From: Nanobdellota archaeon
GTDB taxonomy: Archaea; Nanobdellota; Nanobdellia; Woesearchaeales; GW2011-AR9
NCBI GenBank assembly: GCA_030647325.1
Contig: JAUSJN010000011.1
Span: 1-46,263 of the forward strand
DNA: 46,263 nt
Direction of reading: 5' to 3'
In this document: positions 43,401-46,263 of the stretch, piece after piece
Layout of the letters: every line of letters begins with the position of its first letter
How positions within the stretch are numbered: position 1 is the first letter of the stretch
Translations under genes and position numbers: made by a program
Notes under the pieces: generated by a model
What the model was told of the DNA's origin: nothing
Database searches by the model: none
The model's input: the letters and a program-made list of their open reading frames with translations, nothing else

Positions 43401-44885
43401 CTATCCCTTAACGTTTCCGATCGGTTTCAGCGCAACAACAGGCCTGGTGATTCCTGCTTTATCTAATGTATCAACCACCACGTCAATATCTTTGTAGGCT
43501 GCACCGGCTTCTTCAGCCAATCCCGCCATAGTCACAGCATGGACATAAATACCTTTCTTCTCCATGTCCTGCTGTAATTTATCGCCGCGGATCTCTCGTT
43601 TCGCCTTTGCACGGCTCATAGTACGCCCAGCCCCATGCGCAGTAGAAGCAAAGGTCTCATCAGCTCCATCTGTCGCCAATAATAGATACGAACCAGTTTC
43701 CATGCTCCCGCCTAAAATGATCGGCTGCCCGATCTTGGCATATTTCTTCGGTAATTCAGAAGCTCTGGACGGCCCGAAAGCGCGAGTTGCGCCTTTACGG
43801 TGTACAAGTAATTCTTTCATCTTTCCATCCACCAGGTGTTTTTCTAATTTTGCGATATTATGGGCGACGTCATACACCAGATTCATCTCCATCTCTTCTG
43901 CGCTCTTGCCGAAGACCTGGCTGAAAACTTTTCTGATCTGATGGGTGATGACTTGGCGGTTGGCGAAGGCCATATTTGCCGCACATGCCATAGCTTTGTA
44001 ATAATCCTGCCCTTCCGGAGAATTGAACGGCGCGCAGGCCAGTTCTTTGTCCAGGATTTCGATGCCATATTTTGGCATGACTTCTAAAAATAATTTCAAG
44101 TAATCTGTGCCGATCTGATGACCAAAACCGCGGCTGCCGCAATGGACCATGATCACGATCTGTCCAGGCTTAGTGATGCCCATGATTTTGGCGGCATCTT
44201 TGTCAAAGATATTTTCTGCTTTCACTTCTTGGATCTCTAAATAGTGATTTCCTGAGCCAAGAGTTCCGAGCTGGTCGAATCCACGTTTAGTCGCTTTGTC
44301 AGAAACTTTGCTAGAATCAGCCTGAGGAATTTTTCCATGGCTTTCAATATTTTCAATATCTGACGGCCAGGCATAACCTTTTTTTAAGCACCATTGAGCT
44401 CCGTCGCGCATCACTTCTTTGAATTCTTCCTTGCTTACCTTCACAAATCCCTTACAGCCTACCCCGGCAGGAACTGCTTTGTAGAGTTCGTCAACCAGTT
44501 GATGAATTTTTGGTTTGACTTCATCGATAGTTAGATTAGTAGTCATCAAGCGCATCCCGCAGTTGATATCAAAACCTATACCGCCAGGTGAGATGACCCC
44601 GCCTTCCTTAGGATCAAAAGCAGCAACTCCGCCGATAGGAAATCCGTAGCCCCAATGACCGTCAGGCATGCAATAGGCATAGCGCTGCAGGCCAGGCAGA
44701 GTTGCGACATTAGCGATCTGATTGAAAACACCAGCGTCCATATTATCCATCAATTCCTTACTGGCAATGATTCGAGCAGGAACAAGCATCCCTTTGCGAT
44801 AGGAAACAGGGAGTTCCCAGGTAGTATCATTGATACGTTTGATTTCCTTAGGCGGTCCTGCTGGCTGTTCTTGAAAATCTTCCAT
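43401..44885 (-). CDS. rtcB: RNA-splicing ligase RtcB
   Basis: MPDGHWGYGFPIGG, GFDINCG, GSGNHYLE, HCGSRG, HNIA, VHRKGATR, STAHGAGR, AEEA..AYK. Confidence 0.97.
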   Translation of the reverse strand: MEDFQEQPAGPPKEIKRINDTTWELPVSYRKGMLVPARIIASKELMDNMDAGVFNQIANVATLPGLQRYAYCMPDGHWGYGFPIGGVAAFDPKEGGVISPGGIGFDINCGMRLMTTNLTIDEVKPKIHQLVDELYKAVPAGVGCKGFVKVSKEEFKEVMRDGAQWCLKKGYAWPSDIENIESHGKIPQADSSKVSDKATKRGFDQLGTLGSGNHYLEIQEVKAENIFDKDAAKIMGITKPGQIVIMVHCGSRGFGHQIGTDYLKLFLEVMPKYGIEILDKELACAPFNSPEGQDYYKAMACAANMAFANRQVITHQIRKVFSQVFGKSAEEMEMNLVYDVAHNIAKLEKHLVDGKMKELLVHRKGATRAFGPSRASELPKKYAKIGQPIILGGSMETGSYLLLATDGADETFASTAHGAGRTMSRAKAKREIRGDKLQQDMEKKGIYVHAVTMAGLAEEAGAAYKDIDVVVDTLDKAGITRPVVALKPIGNVKG

Positions 44886-44931
44886 GAGAGATACAGAATG
44901 AGAATTATTTATAAGGTTTGCTTTGTGAACT

Positions 44932-45471
44932 TCATTTCAAATACTTCTTAACCTGCTCGACCGCTTCATCAATCGTTCCATCGTTGGTGATAAAAAAATA
45001 GGGAATCGCTGCTTTTCCTGCCTGCTCATCCCAATTTTTGGTCTCTTTCAGGCGCCGTTCGATGCTATCCGGAGTATTTCCGCGCTGTTCCATCCGAGAA
45101 CGTAAAATCTCTTCTGGAGGACTGAGGATGTAAAACGGCAGCACCTTATCTGTTCCGGCGTATTTCAAGAGCAGAGGTAAAACTCTGGGGACCAGGATCA
45201 TAGTATACGTTCCTGGGTTAGTCAATGCTGTATCTACCATCTCAGATTTAGTGCCGTAACTGTTGCCGTCATATTCGTTGACCCACAGAAACGCATCCCA
45301 TGCTTTGTCATGATCAAAATCTCCATGTTCAAGATATTCATATTCTCCGGGAAGGTCGGAAGGTCGTGGCTCACGGGTAGTGGTACTGGGAACGAAAGGA
45401 AATCCTACACTTTTGGCGATAGTGCTTTTTCCTGCGCCGGAAACACCGGTAAAGGTGATTATTTTCCCCAT
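44932..45471 (-). CDS. gmk: Guanylate kinase
   Basis: GVSGAGKST P-loop; STTTREPRP...EYEYL; EYDGNSYGT; ILSPP...RMEQRG...IERRL. Confidence 0.85.
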   Translation of the reverse strand: MGKIITFTGVSGAGKSTIAKSVGFPFVPSTTTREPRPSDLPGEYEYLEHGDFDHDKAWDAFLWVNEYDGNSYGTKSEMVDTALTNPGTYTMILVPRVLPLLLKYAGTDKVLPFYILSPPEEILRSRMEQRGNTPDSIERRLKETKNWDEQAGKAAIPYFFITNDGTIDEAVEQVKKYLK

Positions 45472-45575
45472 AAACTACAAAATCAGCCCTGATTTTAAAA
45501 AGATTTAGAGTAAGGACTGTATAGGTCAGACCTTATACCGGCTTTGCCTTAGAAGTCCCTAAAAAGGCTGACTTA

Positions 45576-46263
45576 TTAGGCAGGGACACCACTTTTTAGG
45601 CAGGTTTCTGGATTGTAGCCGAGTTCGTTCATTTCGTGGATTACGCAAACTATGTTGTGGCATATGACTTTGCATAAGACCTCGTTCACTTGTGCAGTCC
45701 AGCTCTTGCTTCTTACATTATCGCCGAACTTGCTTTTTATCATGAACACTGTGCTTTCTGCATTACTGCGTTGGTGGTAGTGTGTCATGAACTCATCGTT
45801 GTTCAGGCTAAAGTAGTGATACATCTTTTTCCAAATCGCTACACCCGCAGGTCTGGGAGTGCTGTTAGACTTGAATGGAATGTAGGGCGTTGCTCCTGCT
45901 TCCGCTATCAAGTTCAGGTTCTCTCTGCTAAGATATGCTTTGTCAGCAGTTATTTCTGCCATGTCAAAGTTCTCTGCTGTTTGGGCGACGAGTGCCTTTA
46001 GTTCTGGGCTATCGTTGTCAAACTCAGTTGTTACCTTAACTGAAGTTATGATGTTTGATTTTACTCCAGTCATGAAGTGGCACTTAACCCAACGCCTACT
46101 ACTTAGTTCTCTACCGTGCTTGAAACTAAACCACCTCTGAAAATTACCAGTTCCAAAGCCCGTGCTATCAATAGCAAAGTTCCTTTCCACCGTTGATAAT
46201 GGAAGGCTTGTTATCTGCACGAGTTGAGCTAATAAGGGCGTTAGTTCTTTCTTTTTGAAATAG
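45576..46263 (-). mobile_element. DDE transposase (IS4/IS5 superfamily, DDE_Tnp_1-like), 5'-truncated by the window edge
   Basis: FAIDSTG, VKCH, ADKAY, YHQRSNAESTV..IK catalytic motifs; frame open to the window end (YFKKKELTPLLAQLVQ...). Confidence 0.9.

Noticed and set aside
45515-45542. Xer dif site
   Set aside because: Arm and spacer geometry (8-nt gap between TATAG and TTATA) does not fit the 11-6-11 consensus.
1-46263. CRISPR array, rRNA genes or alternative genetic code
   Set aside because: No regularly spaced repeat-spacer units or rRNA-like tracts were seen, and conserved genes translate full-length with all three standard stops in use.

Overview
Archaeal chromosomal DNA, most consistent with a DPANN (Woesearchaeota-like) genome. 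Evidence: archaeal prefoldin alpha-FtsY, TFS, ZPR1, Sec11-type signal peptidase and an oapABC/arvABC operon; TATA boxes about 25 nt upstream of leaderless starts; GGAGG/GAGGTGA Shine-Dalgarno sites; a class III signal peptide protein. Housekeeping genes include ileS, metG, rtcB, thyA-folA-tmk and a bacterial-type guanylate kinase, and a DDE transposase runs off the right end. Most notable: (1) tRNA-Gly(TCC) with a 71-nt BHB/BHL intron in the T-loop; (2) a MiaB/MtaB-type methylthiotransferase that has lost the radical-SAM CxxxCxxC motif; (3) a single-chain tandem MNT-MNT-HEPN-HEPN protein with an RxxxxH motif; (4) an ArmA/Rmt-like 16S m7G1405 methyltransferase; (5) a 9-kb operon of giant exported proteins headed by a pilin-like protein; (6) a twice-occurring module of a secreted helical protein plus a tiny acidic lipoprotein, one copy facing a membrane-anchored HTH regulator; (7) a shared A(L/I)xG(E/Q)A motif in unrelated exported proteins; (8) several structured intergenic and palindromic elements, one of them in-frame inside a gene. 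All calls come from visual motif recognition. No database searches or folding programs were run.
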